In this document: positions 1 through 9,967 of the stretch, piece after piece
How positions within the stretch are numbered: the stretch's first letter is position 1
Layout of the letters: each line of letters starts with the position of its first letter
Assembly (NCBI GenBank): GCA_946404215.1
Contig: CAMJCT010000001.1
Span: 128,031 to 192,030 of the forward strand
From: an uncultured Clostridium sp.
GTDB lineage: Bacteria; Bacillota; Clostridia; TANB77; CAG-508
Reading direction: 5' to 3'
DNA length: 64,000 nucleotides
Made by a program: the position numbers and the translations under genes
The notes under the pieces: generated by a model
Told to the model about the DNA's origin: nothing
The model's input: only the letters and a program-made list of their open reading frames with translations
The model's database searches: none

Positions 1-2096
1 AGTTCCTTTTCTACAGAAACCTTCGCTTTTTGCATACAAGTATAAAAATTTTCATTTTTGTCAGCTAATCTTATTTGTATTAAATCATCATCTGAAAATC
101 CACCTATATTTGATCTTAATACTGCAACTAATGGTATATCTTGCATAGGATTATCTATTATTTTTAATAAGCTCATCAATGTCTGTATTTCTATGGAATT
201 TAAATATTCTTGTGAACTATCTGAAAATACTGGCATTTCCAATTTTGCTATTTCTTGTTCATATATTGGTGCTAAATTAGAAGTGGCTCTTAATAAAATA
301 ACTATATCTTTATATTGTACATCTCTATATTTATTTTCTTTTTTATCCCAAACTTGAAATTTACTTTCTAAAATTTTTTTTATCTTGTTTGCAACAAATT
401 TTGCTTCCAATTCAACATCTTCTATTCTCTCTGTATCCTCTTGTCTCTCCACTTCATCTATTGTTTCATATGTTTCATTATTTTCTATTTGTAAATTTGC
501 TACTTTTTCTAATTTACAAATTTCATCTGTCGGATCTAATACATAAATTTCTATTTTTGCATTTTGCTCTATTTCAGGATAATTAGCACCCAAATTCAAA
601 TATTCTTCCTGATTGTATTCAATATCTCCTAAAATATCACTCATTATATTTTCGAAAATTAAATTTGTAAAGTCTAATATGTTTTTTTTGCTTCTAAAAT
701 TTTTGAACAATTGTATTTTTAAATTATCATCACTCGTTTTATTCTTCTTTTTTCTATATGAAAAATATTTATTCAAAAATAATTCAGGCATAGCTTGTCT
801 AAACTTATAAATACTTTGTTTTACATCTCCTACCATAAATATATTATTTTCTTTAGATACGGCTGTTAGAATATATTCTTGGACTAAATTGCTGTCTTGA
901 TACTCGTCAATCGCAATTTCGGCATATTTATCTTGGTATTTCTTTGCAATCTCTGTAGTTTCAATGCTTCCATCTACATTATCTCTTAGAAGAATTTTTA
1001 GTGCGAAATGCTCTATATCATTAAAATCAACTATATTCCTCTCTTTCTTTATTTTAGAAAATTGTATATCAAATTCTAAAACTAGTTTTTCTAATTTTTT
1101 TAATATAGTGTACATATCATATATATCGCAATTGGCCTCTTCCGAATCACAAATCAAAATTCTTTCTATTACTTTATTTACCTTTTTCTTTACATCATCT
1201 CTGGTTTTTTTTGCAATATCTTTTACCTCAGATTCAATCTTTTGCCTTGGCCAAGTAATAAAATTAATGTTTCTAGCTATTTCATAACATCTATCCCAGT
1301 TGTTTAAATTCTTTTTTAAAAAACTTAGTTGCTCTATATCACTTCCTATAGTTTTCTGAAACTTATCTAATTCAGGATCATATGATAAATTTTCTTCAAT
1401 ACTTTCCAAAGTAGATATATCATCAATAAGTTCATCTTCCAATTCTTGAAGTAATACCTCTCCCCATATTGTAGAACTAAAATCATTTTTTAGCTTTGAT
1501 TCTAAATTAAACATTTCAATTTTTTCGTTAAGCCACTTTTCAGGGAATGGATTACTTTGTATATATGAATATATTTTTAATATTAAATCCTTTAAAGGAG
1601 TGTCATCCCTATAACTAGTATATATATTTATTAATCTGTTAAAGTCTTCATCTTCTGATTCATATTTTTGTTCAAAAATTTCTTCTATAACTTCTTGCTT
1701 TAGTAATTCTATTTCGGTATTATCTCCTATTCTAAAATTAGGAGATATATTATCAAGTTCAAAAAAATTATTCCTTACAACTTCTAAACAAAATGAATCT
1801 ATTGTACATATACTTGCCTTATTTAAGTAAGTAATTTGTCTTTGTAAATTCTCATCTTCAGGATTTTCATCTAACTTTTTATATATAGCATCTAAAACTC
1901 TCTCCCTCATTTCAGCTGCTGCAGCATTAGTAAAAGTCACTACAAGTAATTTATCTATATCAACCTTTTCATTTATAATTTTATTTATAATTCTCTCAAC
2001 TAATACAGCTGTTTTACCACTTCCTGCAGCCGCTGCAACTAATATATTTGAATCTTTTTCATAAATAGCATCTTTTTGTTCATCAGTCCAATCCAT
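1..2096 (-). CDS. addA: ATP-dependent helicase/nuclease subunit A (AddA), N-terminal ~700 aa. The 3' end lies beyond the window start.
   Basis: Reverse-strand translation from ATG at 2094-2096 reads MDWTDEQKDAIYEKDSNILVAAAAGSGKTAVLVERIINKI...VVTFTNAAAAEMRERV (Walker A plus UvrD/AddA signature). The reading frame is continuous to position 1. It is absent from the ORF track because it runs off the window. Confidence 0.85.
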   Translation of the reverse strand, partial: MDWTDEQKDAIYEKDSNILVAAAAGSGKTAVLVERIINKIINEKVDIDKLLVVTFTNAAAAEMRERVLDAIYKKLDENPEDENLQRQITYLNKASICTIDSFCLEVVRNNFFELDNISPNFRIGDNTEIELLKQEVIEEIFEQKYESEDEDFNRLINIYTSYRDDTPLKDLILKIYSYIQSNPFPEKWLNEKIEMFNLESKLKNDFSSTIWGEVLLQELEDELIDDISTLESIEENLSYDPELDKFQKTIGSDIEQLSFLKKNLNNWDRCYEIARNINFITWPRQKIESEVKDIAKKTRDDVKKKVNKVIERILICDSEEANCDIYDMYTILKKLEKLVLEFDIQFSKIKKERNIVDFNDIEHFALKILLRDNVDGSIETTEIAKKYQDKYAEIAIDEYQDSNLVQEYILTAVSKENNIFMVGDVKQSIYKFRQAMPELFLNKYFSYRKKKNKTSDDNLKIQLFKNFRSKKNILDFTNLIFENIMSDILGDIEYNQEEYLNLGANYPEIEQNAKIEIYVLDPTDEICKLEKVANLQIENNETYETIDEVERQEDTERIEDVELEAKFVANKIKKILESKFQVWDKKENKYRDVQYKDIVILLRATSNLAPIYEQEIAKLEMPVFSDSSQEYLNSIEIQTLMSLLKIIDNPMQDIPLVAVLRSNIGGFSDDDLIQIRLADKNENFYTCMQKAKVSVEKE

Positions 2097-2118
2097 TTTA
2101 TCTCCTTTCCTGCTTTTG

Positions 2119-2159
2119 AGTGTTTTGGGTGTTTTTGGGGACACCTTCCAAAAGCACCT
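2119..2159 (+). repeat. REP-like element (core TTTTGGGGACACCTTCCAAAAGCACC) at the 3' flank of the RAYT gene
   Basis: The GGGGACACC core is shared with copies at 3025, 3147, 37548, 37640, 48633, 48675, 52250, 52287 and 63885. It is oriented opposite to the two copies on the other side of the transposase gene. Confidence 0.7.
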
Positions 2160-2942
2160 TTATTTTATCTTTAGTTTTTGCATACTACCTCTTGAAATAT
2201 CAAAAAATTTACTAATTTCAGTATATTTCAATCTACAATTTTCTTTAAGAAATATTATTAGTTCTTTAAAAATCTCTCTATTTGATAATATTTCTACAGT
2301 ATTAAGGCAAAACTCTTTTTTAAATTCTCGGATTCCTTCTAAAATATAACTATTAATCGTCTCCTCATTTTCATATTCAGCATCCATAAATCTTTTATCA
2401 AAACTTTGCTCAAATAGATTTGCATAATCACAATTTTCTCCAAATATTTCCTTCATAATTTTATATCTTGTAGGTCCTTCATTTTTTATATAATCATTAT
2501 AAGATGAAAATTCATAGTCTTCACAATTTAAAACCATTTGTGCTTTTACTGGATTATTATGTATGTATTTTATACAATTAATCAAATGTTTTATATCATA
2601 AATAGGCTCACTTTTATACCTATTTCTAAATAAAACTCCACATCTGTTTTCTTTTTTATTATACATTTGCGCATATAATAAATTAATCCTTTGCATAAAT
2701 TTTCCAAACTTTTCTATATCTTTTGTGTATACTAAAAAATGAACATGATTATTCATTATACAATATGCTAAAATTTCTAAATTATAGTCTTTTTTATTTT
2801 CTCTAATAATTTCTAGATATTTTTTTATATACTCTTTCTTATAAAAAATGAATTCTTTGTTTACTCCTTGAACCATTACATGCAAAAATTGTGCTTTGAT
2901 ATTTTTTCTTGCTATTCTTGGTTTGTTAATCACTCCTAACAT
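2160..2942 (-). CDS. REP-associated tyrosine transposase (RAYT; IS200/IS605 TnpA-like HUH-Y1) with a C-terminal HTH-like extension
   Basis: 260-aa ORF carrying the HUH motif NNHVHFLV and YIHNNPV. The C-terminal ~90 aa look HTH-like (KYTEISKFFDISRGSM). It is flanked by REP copies in inverted orientation. Confidence 0.75.
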   Translation of the reverse strand: MLGVINKPRIARKNIKAQFLHVMVQGVNKEFIFYKKEYIKKYLEIIRENKKDYNLEILAYCIMNNHVHFLVYTKDIEKFGKFMQRINLLYAQMYNKKENRCGVLFRNRYKSEPIYDIKHLINCIKYIHNNPVKAQMVLNCEDYEFSSYNDYIKNEGPTRYKIMKEIFGENCDYANLFEQSFDKRFMDAEYENEETINSYILEGIREFKKEFCLNTVEILSNREIFKELIIFLKENCRLKYTEISKFFDISRGSMQKLKIK

Positions 2943-3024
2943 AATGGGAGTTTTGTAATATAATTTTACAAAACCCCCTCAAATTTATATATATTATACA
3001 CCTTTTTTTTATTTTTTCAAGATA

Positions 3025-3070
3025 TTTTTGGGTGTTTTTGAAAGGTGTCCCCAAAAACACCTAAAAAACA
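3025..3070 (-). repeat. REP-like element (GGTGTCCCC orientation), 5' flank of RAYT
   Basis: TTGGGTGTTTTTGAAAGGTGTCCCCAAAAACACC, an inverted copy of the 2119 element. Confidence 0.7.
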
Positions 3071-3146
3071 TTGAAATAAGAATTAAATAATGTTAAAATA
3101 TATTTATGATTTTTTATGACAATAAATAATATAAATACAATAACAA

Positions 3147-3182
3147 TGGTGCTTTTTTAATGTGTCCCCAAAAGCACCTAAA
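3147..3182 (-). repeat. REP-like element, second copy 5' of RAYT
   Basis: GGTGCTTTTTTAATGTGTCCCCAAAAGCACC. It overlaps the spurious N-terminal extension (MSPKAPKTEQ) of the ATPase ORF in the track. Confidence 0.7.
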
Positions 3183-3194
3183 ACGGAGCAAAAT

Positions 3195-5567
3195 ATGAAT
3201 GAAAATATAATAAGATATACACCTAAAATTGATAAAGGGTTAAATGATGAACAAATAGAAAAAAGAAAAGAAGAAAATTTGATAAATTTAGATACCTGTC
3301 CACCAACTAAAAGTATAAAACGAATTTTATATGAGAATTTTTTTACATTATTTAATATTTTAAATATAGTTTTAGCATTATTAGTTTTTAGTGTTGGCTC
3401 ACGAAAAAACATGCTTTTTTTATTAATAGTTACAATAAATACAGCAATAAGTACAGTACAAGAAATTCATTCCAAAAGAATAATAGATAAGCTTTCTCTT
3501 ATGTCTGTATCAAAAGCTAAAGTTATTAGAAATGGCATAAAAAAAGATGTTTCTATACATGAATTAGTTTTAGATGATATTATTGAATTAAATACAGGAA
3601 ATCAGGTTGTAACAGATAGTATAATTCAATCTGGAGAAGTGCTTGTAAATGAAGCTTTTATTACTGGAGAACCTGATAGTATATCTAAAAAAGCAGGTGA
3701 TACTATACTTTCAGGTAGTTTTATTGTTAGTGGAAGGTGTATTGCAAAAGTTGAGCATATTGGAGAAGATAATTACACTGCTAAAATCTCTAGTGGTAGT
3801 AAATATGTTAAAAAAATCTCTTCAGATATAATGTCATCTCTTTCAAAAGTTATTACATTTTTAACTTTTGCAATTATTCCTATAGGTTGTGCCCTTTTAT
3901 ATAGCCAATTAAACTTGCAAGGTATTAATTATAAAGATGCAGTTGTTCAAACTGTTGCAGCAATTATAGGTATGATACCAGAAGGGCTTGTGCTACTGAC
4001 TAGCACTGTTTTAGCTGTTAGTGTAATTAGACTTTCCAAATCTAAAGTATTAGTTCAAGAATTATATTGTATTGAAACCTTGGCAAGGGTTGACACCTTA
4101 TGTTTAGATAAGACTGGTACTCTTACAGAAGGCTCCATGGAAGTGAAGGATTATATTGCAATAAGTAAAGACAAAGATGAAGTTTCAAATATATTATCAA
4201 ATATAGCAAAAGTTTCAGAAGATGAAAATAGCACGATTGAAGCAATTAGAAGTTATTTTACAGATATAACTTCTGAATTCACACCAATTACAAAAGTCGC
4301 GTTTTCTTCTCAATCAAAATGGTCTGGTTACTCTTTTGAGAATAAGGGTTCTTATATAATAGGAGCTCCTGAATTTGTTTTAAAAGACAATTTTAGTGAA
4401 TATAAAAATACTATTAATAACTATACGGAAGACTTCCGTGTTTTGGTACTAGCACACTCTCCAAATAATTTTAAAGACAAAAACCTGCCACAAAATATCC
4501 AATTAATTGGATTAGTTCTTATTTTAGATAAGATTAGAAGCAAAGCTCGTACCACATTAAATTATTTTGATAAACAAGGTGTAGATATAAAAATAATTTC
4601 TGGAGATAATCCTGTTACTGTTTCCAAAATTGCAAAACAAGTTGGTGTAAAAAGTTTTGATTCATATATAGATATGTCAAGTTTAAAAGAAGAATGTTAC
4701 AATTTAAATGAAATAGTTTCTAAATATACAATTTTTGGTAGAGTATCACCTACTCAAAAAAAAGATTTAATAAGAGCCTTAAAATTTAATGGCAAAACAG
4801 TTGCTATGACTGGTGATGGTGTAAACGATGTTTTAGCACTAAAAGAATCAGATTGTAGTATTGCAATGGCAAATGGTAGTGATGCAGCTAAAAATGTATC
4901 TCAATTGGTTCTTTTAGATTCGAATTTTGCCTCTATGCCTAAAGTAGTTACTGAAGGAAGACGAACAATAAATAATATACAAAGGTCTGCATCATTATTT
5001 TTAGTAAAAACAATATATTCCTGTGTTCTTGCAGTATTTTTCTTATTCCTTGCCCAAGAGTTCCCTTTCATACCTATACAATTAAGCTTAATAAGCACTG
5101 CATGTATTGGAATACCATCATTTTTGCTAGCATTAGAGCCAAATAAAGAGAAAATTAAAGGTAATTTTTTAAAAAATGTTATATCTAAAGCTATGCCAAC
5201 AGCCATTACTGTTATAATGAATATTTTATATTTAACATTTTTAAGCAAATACAATTTAATAACTATTGACTGCTATCATAGTTTATGTGTGGTTTCTACT
5301 GGTGTTTGTGGTCTTACTTTATTATTCACACTTGCATTAAAAAGAAAAAGTGAAAAAATAAAATTGCCTTTCTCCATATATAGATTAACACTAGCAATTC
5401 TAATGACATTGTTATTCTTCTTGGAAATACACTTTTTAGGTTGGTTTTTTAATATAGTACCTTTACAACTAATTTGGGATAAAATTATAAGAATTGTTAT
5501 TGTTTCTGTTTTAAACTTTATAGTTTTAAATTTTGTATTTATGAAATTTTTGAAAATAGATAAATAA
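3195..5567 (+). CDS. Cation-transporting P-type ATPase (P2-type, Ca2+/Mg2+-like)
   Basis: DKTGTLT phosphorylation motif and TGDGVNDVLALKESD hinge. N-terminal cation-ATPase domain and multiple TM segments. The start was moved to ATG 3195, which follows a GGAG RBS; the track start at 3162 translates the REP. Confidence 0.85.
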   Translation: MNENIIRYTPKIDKGLNDEQIEKRKEENLINLDTCPPTKSIKRILYENFFTLFNILNIVLALLVFSVGSRKNMLFLLIVTINTAISTVQEIHSKRIIDKLSLMSVSKAKVIRNGIKKDVSIHELVLDDIIELNTGNQVVTDSIIQSGEVLVNEAFITGEPDSISKKAGDTILSGSFIVSGRCIAKVEHIGEDNYTAKISSGSKYVKKISSDIMSSLSKVITFLTFAIIPIGCALLYSQLNLQGINYKDAVVQTVAAIIGMIPEGLVLLTSTVLAVSVIRLSKSKVLVQELYCIETLARVDTLCLDKTGTLTEGSMEVKDYIAISKDKDEVSNILSNIAKVSEDENSTIEAIRSYFTDITSEFTPITKVAFSSQSKWSGYSFENKGSYIIGAPEFVLKDNFSEYKNTINNYTEDFRVLVLAHSPNNFKDKNLPQNIQLIGLVLILDKIRSKARTTLNYFDKQGVDIKIISGDNPVTVSKIAKQVGVKSFDSYIDMSSLKEECYNLNEIVSKYTIFGRVSPTQKKDLIRALKFNGKTVAMTGDGVNDVLALKESDCSIAMANGSDAAKNVSQLVLLDSNFASMPKVVTEGRRTINNIQRSASLFLVKTIYSCVLAVFFLFLAQEFPFIPIQLSLISTACIGIPSFLLALEPNKEKIKGNFLKNVISKAMPTAITVIMNILYLTFLSKYNLITIDCYHSLCVVSTGVCGLTLLFTLALKRKSEKIKLPFSIYRLTLAILMTLLFFLEIHFLGWFFNIVPLQLIWDKIIRIVIVSVLNFIVLNFVFMKFLKIDK

Positions 5568-5580
5568 GGTTAAAAGATTC

Positions 5581-7410
5581 CTACATGGCTTCATCAATGC
5601 AATCTTCAAATTGTGAATTGTACAAATCTGCGTAAAATCCTTGCTTTTCAAGCAATTCTTCATGAGTCCCCTGCTCAACTATATCCCCATGGTTCATAAC
5701 TAAAATTAAGTCTGCATTTTTTATTGTTGATAGTCTATGTGCAATAATAAAACTTGTTCTCCCTTTCATTAAATTATCCATTGCAGATTGTATTTGTATC
5801 TCTGTTCTTGTATCTATAGAGCTTGTCGCTTCATCTAAAATTAAAACTTTAGGGTTAGCCAGTATTACTCTAGCTATTGTTAATAATTGCTTTTGCCCTG
5901 CAGATATATTAGTTGACTCCTCATTTATTACTGAATTATAACCGTTTGGAAGTGTTTTTATAAAATGGTGAACATGTGCAGCTTTTGTTGCATTAATTAC
6001 TTCATCATCAGTTGCATCTTCTTTCCCATATTTTATATTTTCTTTTACAGTTCCTCCAAATAGCCATGTGTCTTGAAGTACCATTCCGAAATTTTTTCGT
6101 AAGCTACCTCTTGAAAAATCTTTTATATTATGATTGTCTAATAGGATTTCACCTTCAGTTACATCATAAAATCTCATAAGTAATTTTACTATTGTTGTTT
6201 TTCCAGCACCTGTTGGTCCAACAATTGCTATTTTTTGTCCTTCTTTTATGTTTGCATTGAAGTTGTTTATTATTGTTTTTTCCGGTTCATATCCAAATTT
6301 TACTTTGTTAAATTTTATATTGCCATGTAAATTATTAATATCTATTGTTAATTTGGATGTGTCAATTTCTTCATCCTCTTCTAAAAACTCAAAAATTCTT
6401 TCTGCAGCTGCAATCATTGATTGTAACATACTAGAAATTTGAGCTATTTGATTTATTGGTTGAGTAAACTGTCTATTATATTGTATAAAACTCTGTATAT
6501 TTCCAACAGTTATAGTTCCATTTAGAGCTAGATAACCTCCCGCAACTGCAACGCCTACATACCCTATATTTGATATAAAGTTCATTACTGGATGCATTAA
6601 TCCTGATAAAAACTGTGATTTCCAACCTGACCTATATAATTCTTCATTCGCTTTTTCAAACTCTTTTGTTACTCTCTCTTCTGCATTAAATACTTTAACA
6701 ATATTTAGACCTCCATATATTTCTTCTACTTGCCCATTTACATGTCCTAAATACTCTTGCTGTTTTTGAAAATATTTTTGTGATTTTTCTACAATTGTTT
6801 TTACAAGTATTCCAGATATTGGTAGTATTACTAAGGAAATTAACGTCATTTCCCAACTTATAGATAACATCATAATTAGAATTCCTATTATTGTGCAAAT
6901 AGCCGTTATTATTTGAGTTATGCTTTGATTTAAATTCATACTTAATGTATCTATATCATTAGTAATAATAGATAAAACTTCTCCATTTGTTTTTTTGTCA
7001 TAATACTTCATAGGTAAATTATTTATTTTTATACAAATATCATTTCTTAATTTATATGTTATTTTTTGTGCAATACCGGTCATAACAAATCCCTGTATAA
7101 ATGAAAAAGCTGCACTTACTATATATATAACAAGCAAGGTGATAGATATATGTGCTAATTTTTCAAAGTCAATGCCATTTCCACCTGATAGTTTTCTGAC
7201 TAATCCTTCAAAAATTTCAGTTGTAGCATTTCCTAATATTTTTGGACCTACTATTGTAAATATAGTTCCTCCTATTGCAAATATAAAAACAATTATTAAT
7301 GCTATTTTGTATTTTGACAAATAGTTATTAATTAATTTTTTAGTTGTTTTCTTAAAGTCCTTAGCTTTTTGAGGTGGCATCTCACCTTTTCTTCCTATTG
7401 GTCCTGGCAT
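5581..7410 (-). CDS. ABC transporter permease/ATP-binding protein (fused TMD-NBD exporter, heterodimer partner B)
   Basis: N-terminal 6-TM domain; Walker A GPTGAGKTT; ABC signature ISAGQKQLLTIARV; Walker B LILDEATS. Confidence 0.85.
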   Translation of the reverse strand: MPGPIGRKGEMPPQKAKDFKKTTKKLINNYLSKYKIALIIVFIFAIGGTIFTIVGPKILGNATTEIFEGLVRKLSGGNGIDFEKLAHISITLLVIYIVSAAFSFIQGFVMTGIAQKITYKLRNDICIKINNLPMKYYDKKTNGEVLSIITNDIDTLSMNLNQSITQIITAICTIIGILIMMLSISWEMTLISLVILPISGILVKTIVEKSQKYFQKQQEYLGHVNGQVEEIYGGLNIVKVFNAEERVTKEFEKANEELYRSGWKSQFLSGLMHPVMNFISNIGYVGVAVAGGYLALNGTITVGNIQSFIQYNRQFTQPINQIAQISSMLQSMIAAAERIFEFLEEDEEIDTSKLTIDINNLHGNIKFNKVKFGYEPEKTIINNFNANIKEGQKIAIVGPTGAGKTTIVKLLMRFYDVTEGEILLDNHNIKDFSRGSLRKNFGMVLQDTWLFGGTVKENIKYGKEDATDDEVINATKAAHVHHFIKTLPNGYNSVINEESTNISAGQKQLLTIARVILANPKVLILDEATSSIDTRTEIQIQSAMDNLMKGRTSFIIAHRLSTIKNADLILVMNHGDIVEQGTHEELLEKQGFYADLYNSQFEDCIDEAM

Positions 7411-7411
7411 A

Positions 7412-9160
7412 TTACTTACCTCCCTTCTTACTTAATTCTTCTTCAGATAATTGTGAAAAAGCTATTTGTTTATATGTTTCATTACATTCTATCAACTCTT
7501 CATGCATTCCAATTCCTACAACTTTTCCTTCTTCTAATACAACTATTTTATCTGCATCCATTATTGTATTTATTCTTTGAGCTACTATTATAACTGTTTT
7601 ATCTTTTGTCTTTTTAGATAAAGCTTCCCTTAATTTTTTGTCTGTTTTGAAATCTAACGCTGAAAAACTATCATCAAATACAAATATTTCAGGGTCTTTG
7701 GCAATTGCTCTTGCAATAGAAAGACGTTGCCTTTGCCCTCCACTTACATTAGTTCCTCCTTGGGATATTTCCTCTGCATATTTTTTTTCTTTTGCATATA
7801 TAAACTCTGTTGCCTGTGCAATTTCTGCAGCTTCTTTCATTGCTTCTTCAGAAATATTATTATTTGAATATTTTATATTAGATTCTATTGTTCCTGAAAA
7901 CAACAATCCTTTTTGAGGTACAAAACCTATTATTTCTCGTAAATCTTTTTGTGATACATCTTTAACATTTACTCCATCAACAAGAAGTTCTCCACCAGTT
8001 GTGTCATAGAATCTTGGGATTAAATTAACAACTGTAGACTTTCCACTTCCTGTGCTTCCTATTATTGCTGTTGTCTCTCCAGGATTTGCAGTAAAATTTA
8101 TATCAGAAAGTATTTCCGTATCTGCATCTGGGTATTTAAATGATACATTTTTAAATTCCACTAATCCTTTTTTTGTTTTATCAAACTTTTTTATATCTTC
8201 TTTATCTTTAATACTTGGCTCTGTCTCTAAAATTTCATTAATACGTTTAGCAGAAACAGAGGCTCTAGGTAGCATTATTGAAAGCATAGATATAAATAAG
8301 AAAGAAATTACAATTTGCATTGTATATTGAATAAATGCCATCATGTCTCCAACTTGCATAGCACCTTCATCTACATTATGACCTCCAACCCAAACTATTA
8401 AAATCATAATTGAGTTCATTATAAACATTAATAAGGGCATCATCATAGACATAGCTCTATTTACAAATATATTTGCCTTCATTAAATCCAAATTTGCAAC
8501 ATTAAATCTATGTTCTTCTTTTTCTTCTTTATTAAACGCTCTAATAACTGGCAAACCTGTTAATATTTCTCTTGATACTAAATTTAACTTATCTATCAAA
8601 TCTTGCAATTTTTTAAATTTTGGCATTGCAATTATAAATAATGTTCCAACAACAATTAAAATTGCTAAAATTGCTACTCCTATTATCCAAGCCATTTGAT
8701 TATCGCTTGCTGTTAATACCTTTATAAATCCTCCTATTCCCATAATTGGTGCATATACCACAATTCTAAATAACATAGCCATTAATTGCTGTATTTGTTG
8801 AATGTCATTTGTACTACGTGTAATTAAAGATGCAGTTGAGAATTCCGATAATTCCTTATTTGAAAAACTTACCACTTTTTTGAATACATTATCTCTTAAT
8901 GTTTTTCCAAGTTTTGCTGCAACTCTTGCTGATAAAAGCATAATTAATACAGCACATAACATACTAATAAGTGCAACACCTAACATTTGCATACCTGCAA
9001 ATAATATATAATCATTTTTACCTTCTTGTATTCCTATATTTACAATTTTAGAAGTATAATCTGGCAAAGATAAATCTACTGTAGCTTGAATACAAAGTAA
9101 CAGTACAATTGCAATTACCGAAAATTTAGATTTTTTTAGTCTTTTTAATAATTTAAACAT
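7412..9160 (-). CDS. ABC transporter permease/ATP-binding protein (fused TMD-NBD exporter, heterodimer partner A)
   Basis: Walker A GSTGSGKST; signature VSGGQRQRLSIARA; the stop abuts the start of the downstream partner. The start was set at MFKLLKRLKK (ATG 9160), which has an AGGAGA RBS. Confidence 0.8.
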   Translation of the reverse strand: MFKLLKRLKKSKFSVIAIVLLLCIQATVDLSLPDYTSKIVNIGIQEGKNDYILFAGMQMLGVALISMLCAVLIMLLSARVAAKLGKTLRDNVFKKVVSFSNKELSEFSTASLITRSTNDIQQIQQLMAMLFRIVVYAPIMGIGGFIKVLTASDNQMAWIIGVAILAILIVVGTLFIIAMPKFKKLQDLIDKLNLVSREILTGLPVIRAFNKEEKEEHRFNVANLDLMKANIFVNRAMSMMMPLLMFIMNSIMILIVWVGGHNVDEGAMQVGDMMAFIQYTMQIVISFLFISMLSIMLPRASVSAKRINEILETEPSIKDKEDIKKFDKTKKGLVEFKNVSFKYPDADTEILSDINFTANPGETTAIIGSTGSGKSTVVNLIPRFYDTTGGELLVDGVNVKDVSQKDLREIIGFVPQKGLLFSGTIESNIKYSNNNISEEAMKEAAEIAQATEFIYAKEKKYAEEISQGGTNVSGGQRQRLSIARAIAKDPEIFVFDDSFSALDFKTDKKLREALSKKTKDKTVIIVAQRINTIMDADKIVVLEEGKVVGIGMHEELIECNETYKQIAFSQLSEEELSKKGGK

Positions 9161-9179
9161 AATGCTCTCCTTTGCAATA

Positions 9180-9222
9180 AAATAGCATTGTATCTTGTAT
9201 TTTATGTGACACAATGCTATTT
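9180..9222 (-). terminator. Hairpin, putative lexA terminator / 5'UTR structure of the ABC operon
   Basis: Inverted repeat AATAGCATTGT...ACACAATGCTATT followed by a T-run on the minus strand. Confidence 0.4.
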
Positions 9223-9234
9223 GTCAATATTTAA

Positions 9235-9885
9235 CTACATTTTTCTAAACACTCCTGCAACTTTTCCAAGTATTTCACAATTTGGAACAATGATTGGATC
9301 CATAGTTGAATTTTCTGGTTGAAGACGTATATGATCTTTTTCTTTATAAAATGTTTTTACTGTAGCTTCTTCTCCAATTAAGGCTACCACTATTTCTCCA
9401 TTGTTAGCAATGTTTTGTTTTTTTACTAATATGTAATCTCCATCTAAAATTCCAGCTTCTATCATGCTTTCTCCTCTAACTGTAAGCATGAAACTTTCTG
9501 AATTTCCAACAAAATCCACTGGAATTGGAAAAGTATCTGTAACATTTTCGACTGCTAAAATTGGTTCTCCAGCAGTTATTTTCCCTATAATTGGAACCTC
9601 TACTAATTCCTTTTGAGTATAAAAGTCTTTACTTGATGTTTTCTTTACTTCTCCTGAACCACCTTTTAGCAAACGTAATGTTCTACCCTTTTTGTCTTGT
9701 TTTTTTATATAACCTTTTTCATCTAATTTTGATAAATAACCATGTACTGTTGCTGTAGAACTTAATCCTACAGCTTTTCCTATTTCTCTTACAGATGGTG
9801 GGTAACCTTGTGTCATAATTTGCTTTTCTATGAATTTTAATATAGCTCTTTCTCTTTTATTTAGTTCTGGTTTTTTTCTTGGCAT
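9235..9885 (-). CDS. lexA: LexA repressor
   Basis: N-terminal wHTH ([22 protein letters not shown]), Ala-Gly cleavage region and S24 peptidase domain ([11 protein letters not shown]...K). Start MPRKK follows a GGAG RBS. Confidence 0.9.
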   Translation of the reverse strand: MPRKKPELNKRERAILKFIEKQIMTQGYPPSVREIGKAVGLSSTATVHGYLSKLDEKGYIKKQDKKGRTLRLLKGGSGEVKKTSSKDFYTQKELVEVPIIGKITAGEPILAVENVTDTFPIPVDFVGNSESFMLTVRGESMIEAGILDGDYILVKKQNIANNGEIVVALIGEEATVKTFYKEKDHIRLQPENSTMDPIIVPNCEILGKVAGVFRKM

Positions 9886-9915
9886 AATATTCACTCCATT
9901 CTCTTATTTTTTCAT

Positions 9916-9944
9916 ATAATATCACACAAACAAAAAAATGTCAA
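9916..9944 (-). promoter_or_regulatory. Sigma-A-type promoter of lexA (TTGACA-17-TATTAT)
   Basis: Minus-strand TTGACAtttttttgtttgtgtgaTATTAT located ~30 nt upstream of the RBS. Confidence 0.55.
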
Positions 9945-9962
9945 ACATATTTTTGACATTTT
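9936..9962. promoter_or_regulatory. Palindrome AAATGTCAAA-N7-TTTGACATTT overlapping the lexA -35; candidate operator
   Basis: Perfect 10-bp inverted arms. It does not match the Cheo-box GAAC-N4-GTTC. Confidence 0.35.
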
Positions 9963-9967
9963 TTTAT

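Noticed and set aside
3162-3194. N-terminal extension MSPKAPKTEQN of the P-type ATPase ORF, and the 102-aa ORF 3104..3412(-)
   Set aside because: These are translations of the REP palindrome and its surroundings. The ATPase has a proper GGAG RBS plus ATG at 3195.
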